From positions 8,249-72,248 of the IMG/VR virus record IMGVR_UViG_3300045988_127105: a DNA stretch of 64,000 nt. One strand, 5' to 3'. The notes beneath the pieces were generated by a model. The model did no database searches, was not told the DNA's origin, and was given only the letters and a program-made list of their open reading frames with translations. The stretch comes from a virus. Positions 20,401 to 35,400 of this stretch are shown here, piece by piece. A program made the position numbers and the translations under genes. Position 1 is the stretch's first letter. Each line of letters starts with the position of its first letter.

Positions 20401-23400
20401 GTTTTCTAATCATATACAGGTTGAAGTTCCTTATTCTGTCCTCCACCTTCTTGCCATCGAAGCTATCCAAAACGCTCGACATAGCCTTGCTAAGCGGGTC
20501 CATATAGCGTATTTCGAAGAGCTTTGATTTGTCGCTCATCATGCCCTCCGTGATATTCTGCATCAGATATGGGTTCATCGAACTATTCACATCTTCAATC
20601 TTCCTGATAGACGGATCAATAGCCTCCATCAGTTTCTTCAACGAGAGCATATTATCCATGAAAGCCTCCGTAGCCATATAGCTATGACGGTCCAGGGCAT
20701 GATGGTATCTATCCAAAGCGGTAGCAGCACTTGGAGCCGTGCGGTAGTGTATCTCTCCGTCCGTTGCCTCCAGCCATTCCTCGCGACTCATACCCTCGAA
20801 GTCATGGCTCTTGCCGTCGTTGTCATACAGCTCGCCGCCCTCAATCTTCGTGTACTCCGTCTTCTCATGCTCTATCTTCCACCTCACAGCCTCAGCTCTC
20901 ATCTTCCACAGCGGACTGTCTCCATGCTTCTGCACATTCTTCGCCAACCAAAGCATATACTTCACGGCCTTTACGTTAGGCGAAACTCTGTAGCCTATCT
21001 CATGCAGGGCATCTGTCACCTTATTCTTAATGTAGTTCCAGAATCCCGGCTCACCCTTTCCGTCCTCTGCGCTCTTGGCGATAAACTCCTCAATAGCGTC
21101 ATAGAATCCAAGGTGATTCATGTTCATCTTTTCCTTCACATAAGCTCTCAGCTCGGCATTGATAGGATTATCCAAGTCCATCCAAAGACCACGCATGTAG
21201 TCATTGAATTTATCTCCAAGCAATCCTCTCATGCCCTTGTGTCCTACGGTCTCGTGCCATACGGTTTTCTCCGCGGTATACGAGTCATGGATATTCGGCA
21301 TATACAGATGCACCTCGCCCGTCTTCTCGTCATACCAGCCAGTCACCTGCTTGCCATTCTCTATGTCCTTGCGCACCTTCGGGTTCTCAATCTCCTCAAC
21401 CGAGTTCACCATCTTCACCTTGCCTCCAGTTCTCTTCGCAACCTTCTCCACGGTCTTGATGATACGCTCGCTCACAGCATTCGAAGTCCCCGAAGTCTTC
21501 TCAGGTGTTACAACACCATCGCCTTCTTTTCTAAAGAAAGTCTCCCCATCTGTTAAATTTTTACTCTCATCAAGCAATTTTTTGCCCGAATCGTAGGATT
21601 TCTCAACTCCTTGCAGTAACTTTGCGGTTGAAATATAACCGTTGGTTGTACTGTTCAAAGGGAGACTGTCGGATTCGTTCGCTTTCTCGGAACCTTCCGA
21701 CGTTATATTTTTAGAGTTGCTTGGTGTCATGTCCAAAGGGGAACTGTCGGGTAACACCGCTGTGCCAGGAGTGTCAGGCAGCTCTATTTTTGTTACCTCA
21801 TAGCTATGAGGTTTATTTTCTTCCCCACCTCTGAACTCTTGCATAGTAGTCTTCACACGGTATATCTTACCGTCCATCTCTACTGCGCCATAAAGTCTAT
21901 GTACAAGGATATTGTTTCCATATCCAAGCTCGGCTTTTCTTTTTCCGGTTTCGTCCTTTACGTTATAATCCGCGTGAATCTCAGCCTCGATGCTCTCATG
22001 AATAACATCTGTAAGCTTTGGAAGGACGGAAAGATGAATATCAAGATTCTCACTTTTACGAACAGCACTTTCTGAAAGATATTTTTCAACAGCCCTTTTG
22101 CTGATAATATAAGGTGTACCATCGCGCATAGTAGGCATTTCTGTCTTTCCCATTGTTACAAGGTTTTCTCTTGCCCATTCTCTGGCATTTTTCAAAGAAG
22201 TTTCAATATTGTTACCAAAGGGAGACTTCTCAACCTCTACCACCTTCACCTTCTCCTTATTCAGATTAGGCATAACGATTCCTTTCTCCTCCACAGCTCT
22301 GTCTCTCACAGCATCAAAGTGTTCCTTGCTGTCTGAGAAGGTATCACCAAGCTCCATGCGGTAATGCACCTTGCTTTCTTCCTTTACCTTTACGCCAAGC
22401 TCCGAAAGTCTGTCAAGTACATCCTTTAGCTTTTCTTCCTTTACCTCGGCAAGCATCGTGTTTCCTCTTGTCTCAAAGTTACCGCCATCTACCATTTTCA
22501 GCAGCTCCTTATCAAGGAAATACTTGCCTCCTTTCTTGTTGCTCTTCGGGACACGAATAGTATAGTTTCGTGCCATTTTCATATAGTCGAAGCCTTGCTC
22601 TATCTTCACGTCTCCGTCCGAAGAAGTCACCTCTGTTATACCACCCTTGTTCGATGGCAATTCAAATTTTTCAGCTACGCTATTTATAGGCTTCTCGTTG
22701 GCAAGACCATTCGGCTCAAAATTCCCAGGCATCAAAATGCCTGTCTTCACATCGCCTGTGTCTGTTGTGTACTTCACCAACTGACCGCCCAAGCCTTGCT
22801 CCTTAGTGTCAATCAAAGCTTGCAGCAAGTTTCCGGTAATGATATATCCGTCCTTACGGCTCTCGTTACTTGTCAGCTTGTCCCAGTTGGAGGTATCCAT
22901 ACTCAGCACGCGCAGATGATTGTCACCCATCGCGGATGCCTGTCTTGTCAGTCTGTCAATTATGCCTATAACGTCTGCCTTGTCGCTTCCTAATCCTGCC
23001 TTTCCATTTATGGGGAATGTTATCTTTCTTCGTCCGTCCAAGGTAGCGAACGATACGGTAGAGGCATTTGGCGAGAAGTTGTCGGTTATCTTTATGTCTA
23101 TCAGTCTGCCATAGCTATTGCCGAATCCGCTCAACTCAGCAGGATTGTTCATGTCTGTTGGCAGTACAAATGCGTCTTCCGTGTTGAAGGTTTCAAGAAT
23201 ACGGTAGAACATTTCAGCCTTAGCCTTCAAGTTCTTCACCACCTCTTCGCCCTTTTCATTCTCTACTTTGTAGATGTTATCTTGTTGGTAAATGGCCATT
23301 TGGGCAATCTGCTCGTCTGTCATGCCCGAGTTCTTCTGATTTCGCAACGCATCCTTTAGATGCTTTTCACGGGCTTTGGCAGCTGCCTTCCTGGCACGCT

Positions 23401-26400
23401 CTTCTATCTTTGCCCCTTCTTCTTTTGCCTTGTTGATGAAGTAATCTTCTATTGCCTTTTTCTTTTCTTTCTTGTACTCGTCCCAACTCTTGCCGCCCGT
23501 GAGTCCGTCCTGAGCTTTCTTTACTTCCTCAGCTTTCATAGGCTTTTTCAGCACAGCCATATTCACCTTCTCTACATAAGTATTGTCGGCAAAAGCATTG
23601 TCACCTCCTGGCTCTGAGCCTTCCTTCCAAACGCCCTTGTTTATGGTCTTTGCTTTCAGTGGCAACTCGGTTATCTCCAAGTCGTTTTCGCCCATTTCGT
23701 TCAGACGTTGTATCTCGGCTGCATAAAGGTCGCCTATCTCTTGCAACATCTTCTCTTGCTCTTTCACTTTCAGCAAAGCCATACGGCCAAGCAACTTGCT
23801 CGCGTCGCCTCCTGCCTCACTACTCATGCCGTCAGAAGAAGAAACCAACTTTTGTGGGTCTACTGCCGACAAGTCTGCTCCATAAGACTTCTCCCATCCG
23901 AATGGGTCTGCCATACGTGCATACAAGTCAAGGTGCTCTGCCATGTATTCCTTCACTACCTTGTCGCCGTACTTATTGGTAATGTCGGCTACTTCCATTT
24001 CATTGAACTTGCTCTTCTGTGAAGAAGTGGTGTTTGCGTCCAATGATTTCAGCTTTGCCTTGAACATCATCAACAGTCGCTGCTCTGCCGGGATAAGCGA
24101 CACAACGTATTCGTATGCGCCTCTTGCCACCTGTCCCGTTCTGTCTATACGTCCACGCATCTGCACCTCATCGTTCACGTCAAGCTGCTGCTGGGCAACA
24201 ATCATCACTCGTTTTCTCTGGTCGGCATATTTGCTTGAAGCATGGAGTGATATACCAGTTGCCGCACTCTTGTTCAAGATTAGCGCGTCTATCTGCCCGT
24301 CGTTAAACTCTCTCGCAAGTTTCTTCTTGTCTGTGTCCGCACGCTTCACCTTCGTTACCGTGCCGTTCTCGTTATACGCAAACTCTGTCTGCCTGCCAGT
24401 CAACTCGCCTACCTTATATCCTGCCTTCGTCAATTCGTTCTTGATAACGTCGATAGGAGAGAGGGATAGTCCGGTACTTGTCTTTCTTATCTTTTCTTCA
24501 AGCGCATGGTATGCTTCAACGGCATCTGCGCCTAAGTCTGATAGGTTTATGTATCCGCTTTCGCTTTCGTCTTTAGCGTTCTTGCTTGTATAGCGAAGCG
24601 TACCTTCAAGTCCTTTCTTTAGTGATGTGCCCAAGTCGGGAGCGTCCATTTCTTCGCCAAGCGCAAGGTTACCCGTCTGCGACTCGTTGGTATTGTTCAA
24701 TGCTATCACAGGCTTCATGCCTTGCTTCAAGTAGTCAATAGCTCTTTCTGCTGCCGACTTTGCTTTAAGCGAGAGAAGCACTTGCTGCACAGTATTGAAT
24801 GCCTTGCTTGCAAACGGTTGGTTCTTTATTCCCAAGGCTTCTGTGCCACGCTTTATGCCCATCGACGACTGCACCTCTGCAAGTTCTTCATTACGTCTGT
24901 CTACGTATGCGCTTACATAGGTTCTTTGGAAGTTGATGATGTCGTTGAACAGACCGATGATGCTGTCATACTGCTCGCGCTGTTCGGCAACAACTTCGGG
25001 GTCGTCAATGGCTTTCCAGTCAATAGTCACGCCTGTCATGTCTCGCTCGCGACGTATCATCTGTCCGCATTGTGTCAGCGCCTGACTCATGATTTCCTGT
25101 AGTGTGGCTCCTCCACGCTTCACGGCGTCTATCAAGTCGGATGCTTTTAGTCCTCCCTGGTTCATTGCTGTTCTTAGCGCATAGATTGGCATGTTGTCGG
25201 GACGCTTTGCGAATGTTGCAGAGAAGAATGTTACGTTCTTTGCCTTCTGAATGATGTGCTGGAAGTAGTTGCCTTGACCGCTGTCACCTCCTGCGGTATG
25301 GCTCTCATCCAATATCAGATAGCCGTTCTTCATGAGCTTTTCTATAGCGTCACGTCGGGCTTGTCCGCTGATTGCTGCTGCACCAAACTTTTTGCCTTTG
25401 GCTAATTTTCTTTCCTTACGATTGCCATTCTCGTCAAACTCATATACGCCGTTGCTTACTTGGCTGTATGTCGTCAGAACGTAATCATACTCCTTTGGTA
25501 GTTCTCCGTTCTTTTCTATATAGTCAAGCACTCTCTTTACTTCACTCTTTGAAGGCAAGGCAAATACTACGTTTCCGTCAGCGTCTGTAATGGCAGCTTC
25601 TTTTGCGCTTCCAAATACAAACGGTCTCAATTCTTTGCTACCTATGTCTACCAAGTCACGATATACGTCACTCAGCAATCCTGCTGTCTTTGTGAAGTAT
25701 ACTGGCACTTGTCCTTGTTTCTTGGCGTATCTGATAAGCGATGCTGCCTGTCTACCCTTGCCAATACCTGTCATATCACCGATGATAAAGGCATTGCCTT
25801 TCTTTGCCTGTTGCAAAGCGAGAGCTACTGAGTCTACTTGCTCTGCTGCAAGATGTGCGTATAGGTCTGCTTTATCGTTGTAGCCCAGTTCGTCTACCAA
25901 GAATTGGTCTGCATCACCCAGTTTTTCGAGGTTCTTATTAACTGCGTCTTGTTGGTCGGCTGGCATAACGGCTTTAAGAGTGAAAGGGTTTTCACTTCTT
26001 GGCGTATAAGCAACCTTTTCGGCACTTAGTCCACGTACGGGTCTGTCCACCCGCTCCAGTTGTCCCCGTGGTCTCCCTCCGTTCCCGGCATCGGTAGTTT
26101 CATCAGCATTTGGCTGAGTGTTAGGTCGTCCATTTCCTCCTGGTTCATTTCCTCGCTGCTTGTTGGTTCCAGTGGTTGGTTCCTTGCTTGGAGTAGGCTC
26201 TGCCCCTGCTCCGTTTGCTCCAGTAGCTCCATCAGGAAGTCCTCCATTTTCTCCTGGCTTGGTTCCTCCTTCTGTCCCCAATACATTGTCGGAAACTGGT
26301 TCGGCAGTCTTGTCATGTACTCCTCCAGTACGAACTGAAGGCTTTTGTTCGCCTCCTCCGTTTCCTCCTGCTCGTACTCCCTCTTCATTAACGTCAGCAA

Positions 26401-29400
26401 CGCTTGGTCTATTAGGTTTTGCGTTAGCGTCTTCTCCTCCTTCTCCGACGGGAGAATCCATCCTTCCACTTCGTAGTATATCATCGTTTATTCTTTTATA
26501 AAGTTCGTCATAACTCTTCACGGCTTCCGCTCTTGCCTTGTCCTTCACTGGCGGATAGGCATTCTCGTCAAAGCGTCGTCCGTTTATTAATATAATGCGT
26601 GTCGGGTATGTTGTGCCCTGCTTTGCGTACAGGCTTCCATCCACGTTTATCACGTCCTCCACATTATAGTGGCTGTAGAGAAAACCAAGCAGAGCCTTAT
26701 CCTTCGGATTCAGACTTCCGTTCTTGGCGTATTCCGTCTTGCCGCCGATGATGATGGCTGCACGACCGTTGTCTTTCATGCTCTCCAAGGCATTGATAGC
26801 CATCTGTCCCTCCAAAGAAGAAATCTTGTAGCCGTCATATTCCTTAGTGGTAGCACTTCCAAATGGTGGGTTTGTCACAACCACGTCCACGTCCTTGTCC
26901 GCGAACGGCTGTGTTCCGTCTTGGCTTGTTATGTTCTTGAAGCCTTGTCTCTGCAAGTTTGCAAGTCGCTGTGCGTCGATGTCGTTCACATGTACAGCAT
27001 CCTTTGGCAAGCCGATTGTCAGCATTCCGTTTCCGGCACTTGGCTCCAATGCGCTCTTTACTTCAATTCCTGCCTTCACGTACATGTCTGCAAGGAATGC
27101 GTAAGGCGCAGGTGTGGAATACTGCTGCTTCATCACTCTCTCTGAGTCACGCTGATTAAGGCTCGGCTGATTCTCGTAGAGTTTCTTTATACGTTTGAAC
27201 TTCTCGGTATTATTGGTTGACTCCGAAGAAGCGATACCTCTCGCTCTATGTACGATGGCTGTCTCTGCAAGTTCCTGCAAGTCCGTGTCCTTCACGTCTT
27301 TCAGTCCGCATTTTTCTGCCATCTTTCTCAGCTCCACAATGCCGTTAAACTTATGACCGAAACCAAGCTGAATGTTAACTTTATCAACAAATCTTTTCTC
27401 GCGTAACTTTCTATCCTCTGCTTCCTTGGAGTCGCCCACAAGCTCCTCCTTGTGCTTAGGCGAACTCTTCTCGTAGTAGTCTGCCCATTCTTTCAAACTC
27501 ATGCGCTGCTCGCCGTCGCGATAGCGAATGTTCATCATCTGCTCGTAGATGGCATCCACATCTTCCTTCTTGAACACCTGGGCTGCTGGAGCAAACTCCT
27601 TGCGCATTTCTTTCACCACGTCTTCAAGATTGTGCATACCTCTCTTTATTCTTAGGTAAGCGTTCTCTGCCATTGCGCTCACAAGCTTAGGCAACACTTC
27701 AAGCTGTCTTGCATTAAGCCCAATGAACGATGCCGACAAATCCTCTCTGCCTGCTTTCAGCAAGTCGTTCCAAAGGTCGTTAACCTTCTTGTTCGACGCT
27801 TCCACAGCTGCATCGTCTGCCTTTTGCTGAGGCTTCTTCACTTCGCCCATAGCTTCTGCTGCAGCCTCTTTCTCTTTAGCAAACTTCTCGGCAGCGTTCT
27901 TTAGTCCCTCAATAGGGCTTGCTGAGGCTTCCACCTTAGGAGTTTCGGTAGTTTCTGTTTTATTATCCGCTTGCTTAGTGGCGTTTTTCATCTTCGCATC
28001 CTTCACCTTTTCATAGATGCTCTCATAAACGGCACGATGCAAATCATCCGTCACCTCGCCATTCAGATAATCCACCGCCATATCCTTAGCAATGTCGTCC
28101 ACATCGCTACTCCTAATCTCGCCCTCAGTCAAAGGATGGTCTTTCTTGTAGTTCTCCGCAGCCTTACCAATCGGATCAAACGCTTTCTCTTCTTTCTTAG
28201 GAAGAATGGCAAGCGGTTCCTCACCCTTCGGCGCTGTAGCGTCTTTTATATCGCCCTTCGGTGTTACAACACCCTCAACCTTACTATCGGATTCTTCACT
28301 CTTCACTTTTCCCTTTTCACTTCCCCTCGGGTCCACTCCCTTAGCCCAGTCTGCCAGCACCTTGTCTGCCACTTCCTCAGCCGTAGTAAAGTGAATGCCA
28401 AGCACATCTGCAACGCCCTTCCAATACTTTGTCAGAGCCACCTTTACTTTTTCCAGGAATCCTTGTGCCTTCGCGCTCTCAGTCACGCTCTTGCCTTCCT
28501 CCGCAGCAAGCTTTCTCACCACGTCCTCAAGCTTCTTCGTTCCCTCGCGTCCCGAGTAGGTTGTTATCATTTCCTCATACAAGGCGTCGCCTTCCAGTTC
28601 GGGGTACAACTTCTGCACCTCTTCCTTCAGACCCTCCACCTTGTCGAAGAGCTTCTTCACATTCTCCCACTCCTTGGGGTTCACCTTACGCAGCATGTCA
28701 CACCACAAGTGCGCATACTCATGCAATGGTGTCTCCGGCTTCATCTTCTTCGTGTCGAGATAAATCTTCTCTCCGTCAGTAAAGCCATACACCTCACCTT
28801 TCGCAGTACGGAACTCCTTCACGCTGTTGTCTATCTGCAAGCCTCTCTTCAACGCCTCGTTTATCTGGTCCGACTTCTTCACGCCCTTTTCGGGTGCGCC
28901 AATCTTGAAGCCTGCCTTCTCAAACTCTATGCGCTGTCTTGGTGTCAGCACGTTCTCGGGTATCTCAACCTTAGCGTCGCCCACAAACTCCTTGGCTCTC
29001 TGTGCAACCTCAGCGTCCGACAACACTCTCACGGGCTTGCACCAACGAGAGAGAATAACCTTTCTTGCACGACCAGTCTGCTTGTACACCTCGCCACTTA
29101 CAACACCACTCTTCCAGTCTACCTCACCTACAGCGTCCTTGGCTCTTTCTGCCTTGTACCCGCTGCTCAGTTCGCTCACCGGAACCTCGCATTCCACGAC
29201 AACGATGTTCGGGCGAATCCAAGCCGACTTGAACTGGTCGTTCAACGGCGAGCGTGAAGTATGCCAATACGGATTGTATGCAGCAGGAATGTCCGTAGCC
29301 TTCTTGCCAGTCGCATCCTTGCCGCCCTTGTCGAGCTTGAACTTCCATTTCAGTTCGCCCGTCTTCTTGTCTACCTTCTGTTCTTTGGTCTTCGAGTCAA

Positions 29401-32400
29401 TATCGGGAATAGCCAAGTCTGGGTTCTCGTCTGCACGTATCCACACGCCAAGCTCGTTAGCCTCCACACGCTTGCCGTTCACGGCTGCTGCCATTGGAGG
29501 ATAGAGCTTACCGTCTATCACCTGCATCGCACGATACACCTTTACGGTCTCGCCATTCTCAAGCTCCTCAAGTGTAGCCTCGTCAGTCTCCTTGTGGTAC
29601 TTCAAGTCCGAATCGGTCTCCTCGCTCTCACGGATCACCTCCTCAGCTTCCTTCTCGTCCGTCACCACCTCAATACCAGTCTTCTTGGTTATCTCCGTAG
29701 CGATCCGCTTGATAGCCTTGTCTACTTCTCGCTGACCTTTTCTTGCTTGAACGTCTCTATCAGGGCTTCCTCCATTGTCATTCCCGGGTTTGCCTTCCTT
29801 ATCTCCCTCCAATGGGCCACCGTTTTCTTCGGTAGATACATCATCGATATTCTTCCGCTCGAGTGTCTTATCTCCACTCTTTGCAAGTCCTTCTTTTCTT
29901 CTTCTGTCATTTTCTCGTTCTTTTAATGATTTTTCTGATATGTTTAATAGAGTAGGATTATCTGTAATTTCAGACATTGCATCCTTGCCGTGTTCTTGTG
30001 CGTATGTTACAAGATGTGCTAAAGCTTCGTCGGCAAGCATATAAAGCGCATCTGTATCATCCATTTCCGAAGCTCGTTCTGTATACTCTTTCATATTTGA
30101 CAGAACTTCAACAACTCGTTCAAGTTCCTCTCGTGTAAGAGTATTCATATCTGTTATCGAATATACAAGAGCCTCGACCCTTGAAGGGTCTACTTCATTG
30201 TCCGCATGAACCGACTCATGCTCAAATGTCTCACGCAATTCTTCAGAGCCAGTACTGCCTTCAAGGTATATATGAATCTTACCATCTTCGTAATATCCTG
30301 GATAATGAGCACCCTCTGGCATATTTTCGATAATGGTCTTATCATTTTCTGTTTTCGCCGCATCCGCCAAGTCCTGCTTCGTCCTCAACACAACAGGCTC
30401 GTCATACCCATTACTCTTGGCAAACTCTTTCACATACTCTCCCATTTGGTCGAGTATACGCTCACGTTCTTCACCCTTGGCTTCCTTAAGCTGCTCTACG
30501 GCTTTGTTGTAGTCTGCTTCGCTTGTGATGACGTTTCCTCCTGGTGCTTGCGGTTCAGTTCCCTCAGAGCTGCCAGCATCGCCATTTCCTTCTTTGCTTG
30601 AATGTCTTGTTTCATAGTTCTTCCAGTTTCTAAGTTTCAAAAATTCCTTTATAAACTCTTCATTCGTAGGTCTCTCGCCGAACATTTCCGTCTGGTTGGC
30701 GTCAGCATAAGGAGCGGCATTTCTGTTATACGCCATCATCAGCTCACGGAAGTCCTCAACCTTACCCTCCAGAGCAAGAGCAATAGCCTGAGATATAGGG
30801 TCAAATCTGTCCGCAGCGTTCTCGCCAAACATAGCAGGAGTGCGCAAGTATGCATCCACACCGCTTCCGCCTTGACGAGCTTCGTACAGCAACTGCACTG
30901 CCTGGTCTATCTCCTTCATCAGAGCATAGTCGCCAAGTTTCATATTGTCCGTCACGGCACGGATGCCGTTCAGAGCCTTGGTTTTCAGCATAGCGTCAGC
31001 GCCCATCATGCGGATAGTGTTCTCCGAGAACACACTGCCCAATAGCAGGTTCTTCACGAAGTCCTTGCCTGCTGCCGAAAGCTTGTCCTCGCCCTCACGC
31101 AATCCCGCTATCTCGTTCAGACCAATCACGCCCTTATCAATTAAACGCTTTAGCAACGAGTTTATTGCAGTAGGATTGTTAAAGAATGCGTCAAGACTGC
31201 CACTGCCCTCTATCTCGGCTATAATGGCACCTACCTCGTCAGTACTTAACACCTTGGCATTCTTTACCGACTGCTCTGTATTGCCAATACTCTTGGTCTC
31301 TTGCCTGTTGAAAAGGTCAAATGTCTTACTTGTAAGCGGCATCTTTTTGTCGGGTACAAAATATACTGTACCCTTAAAGCCTGCCTCTTCTATTTGCTTT
31401 GGAGTCCAGCCGAAGCCTTCTGCGTTTTCACTTAGGCTCTCATAATACTTGCCGTCAGTACCATAGCGTTCCGCAAGTTGTTTACCCATTGTCGTGCCAT
31501 TTCCGCTTAACAGAATACCATCCTGCACAACTGGCACATTCTTTAGTGCTTGTCCGCCAAAGTCTCTGCCAATTTTCTCTGTAAACAGACGCGACTCCTT
31601 GTCTTTGTAAGAACGTGAGTTTGAGGAAGACCCGTCTTCATTAACTGGGAACCCCTCGTTCTGCTTAAAGTCATTAAACGGATCGTGCGAAGGTGTAAGT
31701 CCTGAAACCTCGCCATAAAAGTATTGACCTGTTATCTTAGTTCCGTCAGGAAGAGTGATAGAACCACGTCGTCCGGGAATCTTCTTTGATTTCTCGAACT
31801 TCTCTCGCACAGCAACACTCACTTCACCTACCGAACCTACACTACCTTCTTCACCTACACTACCTACCTTCTCCATTCCAGCCTTAACCTTATTCGCGGT
31901 CATTACCTTCTTGATATTGGTATATAGCTCCAGCTCTGCTTTGGCGGCATCAACCGCCTTCGTCTTCTGAGCCTCAGCTTCCTTGGCGTCGTTCAAATCT
32001 CCCGTGTAGTCCACCTTTATTTTTTCGGCTTCCTTCAGCATCTTCTCGGCTCTCTTTATCTGTCCGTCTACAGCAGTTTCTGCGTTCTCGCCAAACTGCG
32101 AAGACATCCACTCCGCTCCCTGTTCAGGTGTCATTTGCGAATAGTCAGCAGTCTCACGGCCTTTCGTGTCCTTCATCATCGGCACAGGTGACCCATCGGC
32201 AAATGTTAAAGTTTCGTTACTTCCATTGCCATTATCGGATGGATTCTTTTTTTCTCCTTCCCCTATAGGCTTTACATCTTCAACTCCAGGCGCCGACGCG
32301 CCCTCCTTCGGTGTTACAACACTCTCAGTCTTAGTATCGGATTTTTCACTTTTCTCTTTTACCTTTTCACTCTCAGCGTAAGCCACCGAGTTCATAACCT

Positions 32401-35400
32401 CCAACATCTCCTGATAGTTCTTGGCATAGTCCTCCGTCTTTTCCACATGGTCAAGCTGCACGTCCTTCTTGCTTACGAAGTCCATTTCCTTTGTATTCGG
32501 GTCAAGCACGCTAAGCATGTCGCCAACGTTTTCTCTCGCTCTACCTTCACTATCAAACGCAACATCGCCAGCTCCAACAATCAGCAGTCTGCCATTGTTG
32601 TCCTTCACAAACAACATCTGGCCGCCCTCTTGCTTCTCGCCGTTCAGCTCGCCCTTGTAGCTCCATTGCTCCACATGTTTCTGCACGGTCTCAGCAATCT
32701 TCTGTTCAGTTCCGCGATACATGCCCACAGCCTTAGCCTTGGCGTTGATATAGTCGGCAAAAGGTGCAAGCTGTTCCTGCGTCAGTCCCGAGTTTATCAG
32801 CTCCATGTATATCTGAGGTTCCGAAAGACCCTCCTTTGTCAGTCTCTCATACTCCTGCTTCAACACATCGTTGCTTTCCAAGGCTGCATTAAACGCCTTC
32901 TCTGCATTCTTCATGTTGTTCAGCACCTCATCCACAGCCTCGTTGTTAGGATTCTCCGTGCCAAGGTTATTCTCCTCAACCACGTCCTTGCCCTCTGTCT
33001 GCGACTGGTCGGGATGCAACGTTCCTTCCGGGAACTGTTCTCCCTCATAAGCCTTTCTCAGAGCCACACAAGCGTTCTGTTCCTCCTCGCTACGCTTCAA
33101 CGGGTCTTTGTCCATAGCTGCCTTCAACTGTTCAGCAGTAAAGCCAAACGTCTCAGCTACAGTCTCCAATGTTTCTTGTGCCGTTTTTTCGTCCTTTATC
33201 TGAGCTGCACCATAGGCATTACTCAAACGTTGGTTTTCGCGTCTCAGTCTGAGTGAGTAAACTACAGAGTCTCGTTCGTCTTCAGTTTTGACGATATGTT
33301 CTGACAATAGCTCTCCATATTTACTATACTCGCTTATAGTGCCTCCTCCATAACCAATATACTCCATCATAGGACGTGACGAAGGAACCGTTCCCATAAC
33401 CAAAGCAGAGAACTTAGCCTTTGTGTCCCAAGGTATTGTATTGTCTGCCATTATCTCATCATAGGCAGTCTTCACAAATTCAGCGTCCGTATCCTTATAC
33501 GACTCCTCGCCCTTTCCTCTGGCTGTTGTCTTCTTGGTTCGCAATGCCCAATGAGTAAATCCTTCCGGTCTTAACGGCATGTCTTCTATAAGCCTTTCGT
33601 ACATTTTTCGTAACGGTGCCTTGTTACTTCCGAACAACTGTTCTTTCTCCTCATTGGTGAATGTATATCCACCAAATGATGCTCGCTGACCGTCAGACAC
33701 CATAAGGTTGGCAAGGTTTCTCTTCACCATGTCAAGATAGCTTTCCTTTTTGCCATCCTTCGTATAACGATTAGGCAGTCTTGCGTGTGTCAGCTTCAAG
33801 GCTACAACGTTGGCACAAGCCTCAAGTGTGCCTTCAACGCTCCAGAAGTCGGTATCATGTCCCTCTATCATCTTGGCGACATTACCACCGACGTGCATAC
33901 CCCAACCTTCCATCGCTATTTGAAACACCTTGGCTGGAATACGCTTCACGCCACTCACATTATAGATTCCTGCACCTACAGCACCACCAATGCCACCCAT
34001 AGTAGCCCAGCTTGCGCCCTCAGAAAGACCGCCCATAGTCATAAGCTTCACGGTATTGCCTATCGAAGTGTCGTCGCCAGTAGAGTAGTTCTGCACGGCT
34101 GCATTCGTCGAACCGTACAGCACACCCGTCACGCCTTGACTCACAGCACCCGCTGTAGCCATTCTGACGATACGACCGCGCAATGACGTGTTCGCTATTC
34201 TTGCAGCCTGGGCTACTCCGTTACCCATAACCTTGCCTGCCACGGCTGCACCAGCCTTTCCTAATGCACCAAACACAGGAGCGTCTGCAGCAAAGCTCAA
34301 TGTTCCGCGTGCCACTCTCGCACCCATACCCGGTTTAACATAAGGATTTTCCCCGTTGTCGGTCATAGCCATTCCTTGCTGAGCATACTGTCTCTGCTTC
34401 TTCGACATCATACCCATCGACAAGATAGTGCCTATCATCGAGTCGTTGACACCACGGATGATATATTCTGCCGTACTCTTAGGCATATTACGGCTCAATT
34501 CGCTCTTCTCAAACTCCTCAGCTATCTTTGCTTGCAAGCCAGGAGCTATATAATTCTTTACATAATCCTCTGGGTCGATACCTAACGAAGCTGCCTTTTC
34601 TGCTATTTCCTTCTGCATCTTCGGGTCGGAGAACAACCCAGCCATGTCTTTCTCGGCATTCTTGCTGAGCTGATTCATTAGCTTGTCAGGATCAAGGGCT
34701 TCATTGTAAGCCTTACCTGCTGCCATATATGCAAATGGAGAGGCCTTGCTCAAAGCATCTTCTGCTGCAACACCTTTAACTGTCGCATCCTTAAACATCT
34801 TTTGGATACTATTGTTTATATATCCGCCAAGCTGTTTGTCAACAAGCTGTCTGCTGCTTTCTTCCAACTCATCCTCCAACTGTCCGCGTGTCTTAACAAT
34901 ATTGTTGTTCACGTCCTCGTTCCCAAGGTCAAAGGCAGGAGCATTACGTCTGTCTCGCTCACGGTTTGTAAATTGTCTTCCTGCCTGCTCCACATTCTGC
35001 CCCACGATATGCTGTCTCTCCCTTGTCTGCTTCACCATCTGTTTCACAGCACCCGGCTTTGTGTAGCTCACGGGAGCCTGTAATCTCTGTACGGCATTCG
35101 CATTCTTCAATCCGCGCACAAGCTCGCTATCATTCTCCATCGGCGCTGAAGCGCTCTCATATGCCGTAGTGTTTCCATGTGTTACAACACCACCGCCCCA
35201 CTTCTCTTTCGCCACGCTCTGTTGTGCTCTGCCTAATGCGGTCTTTGGTTGCTGCTGAGGCTTTGTCGCTCTTGGCTTCTGCAACTTGCGCATAAACTCC
35301 TCATACGAACCACCCAAGTCAGCACCATTCTTTGTGAACAGGTCGTACACAGCCTTTCTGTTGGCATAATTGCTGTTACCAGTAAACTTCTTTTCGAATG

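Noticed and set aside
26026-26484. 152-aa same-strand alternative-frame ORF inside the giant gene's disordered linker.
   Set aside because: It falls in a low-complexity G/P/N/E-rich segment where all frames stay open. There is no independent start context.
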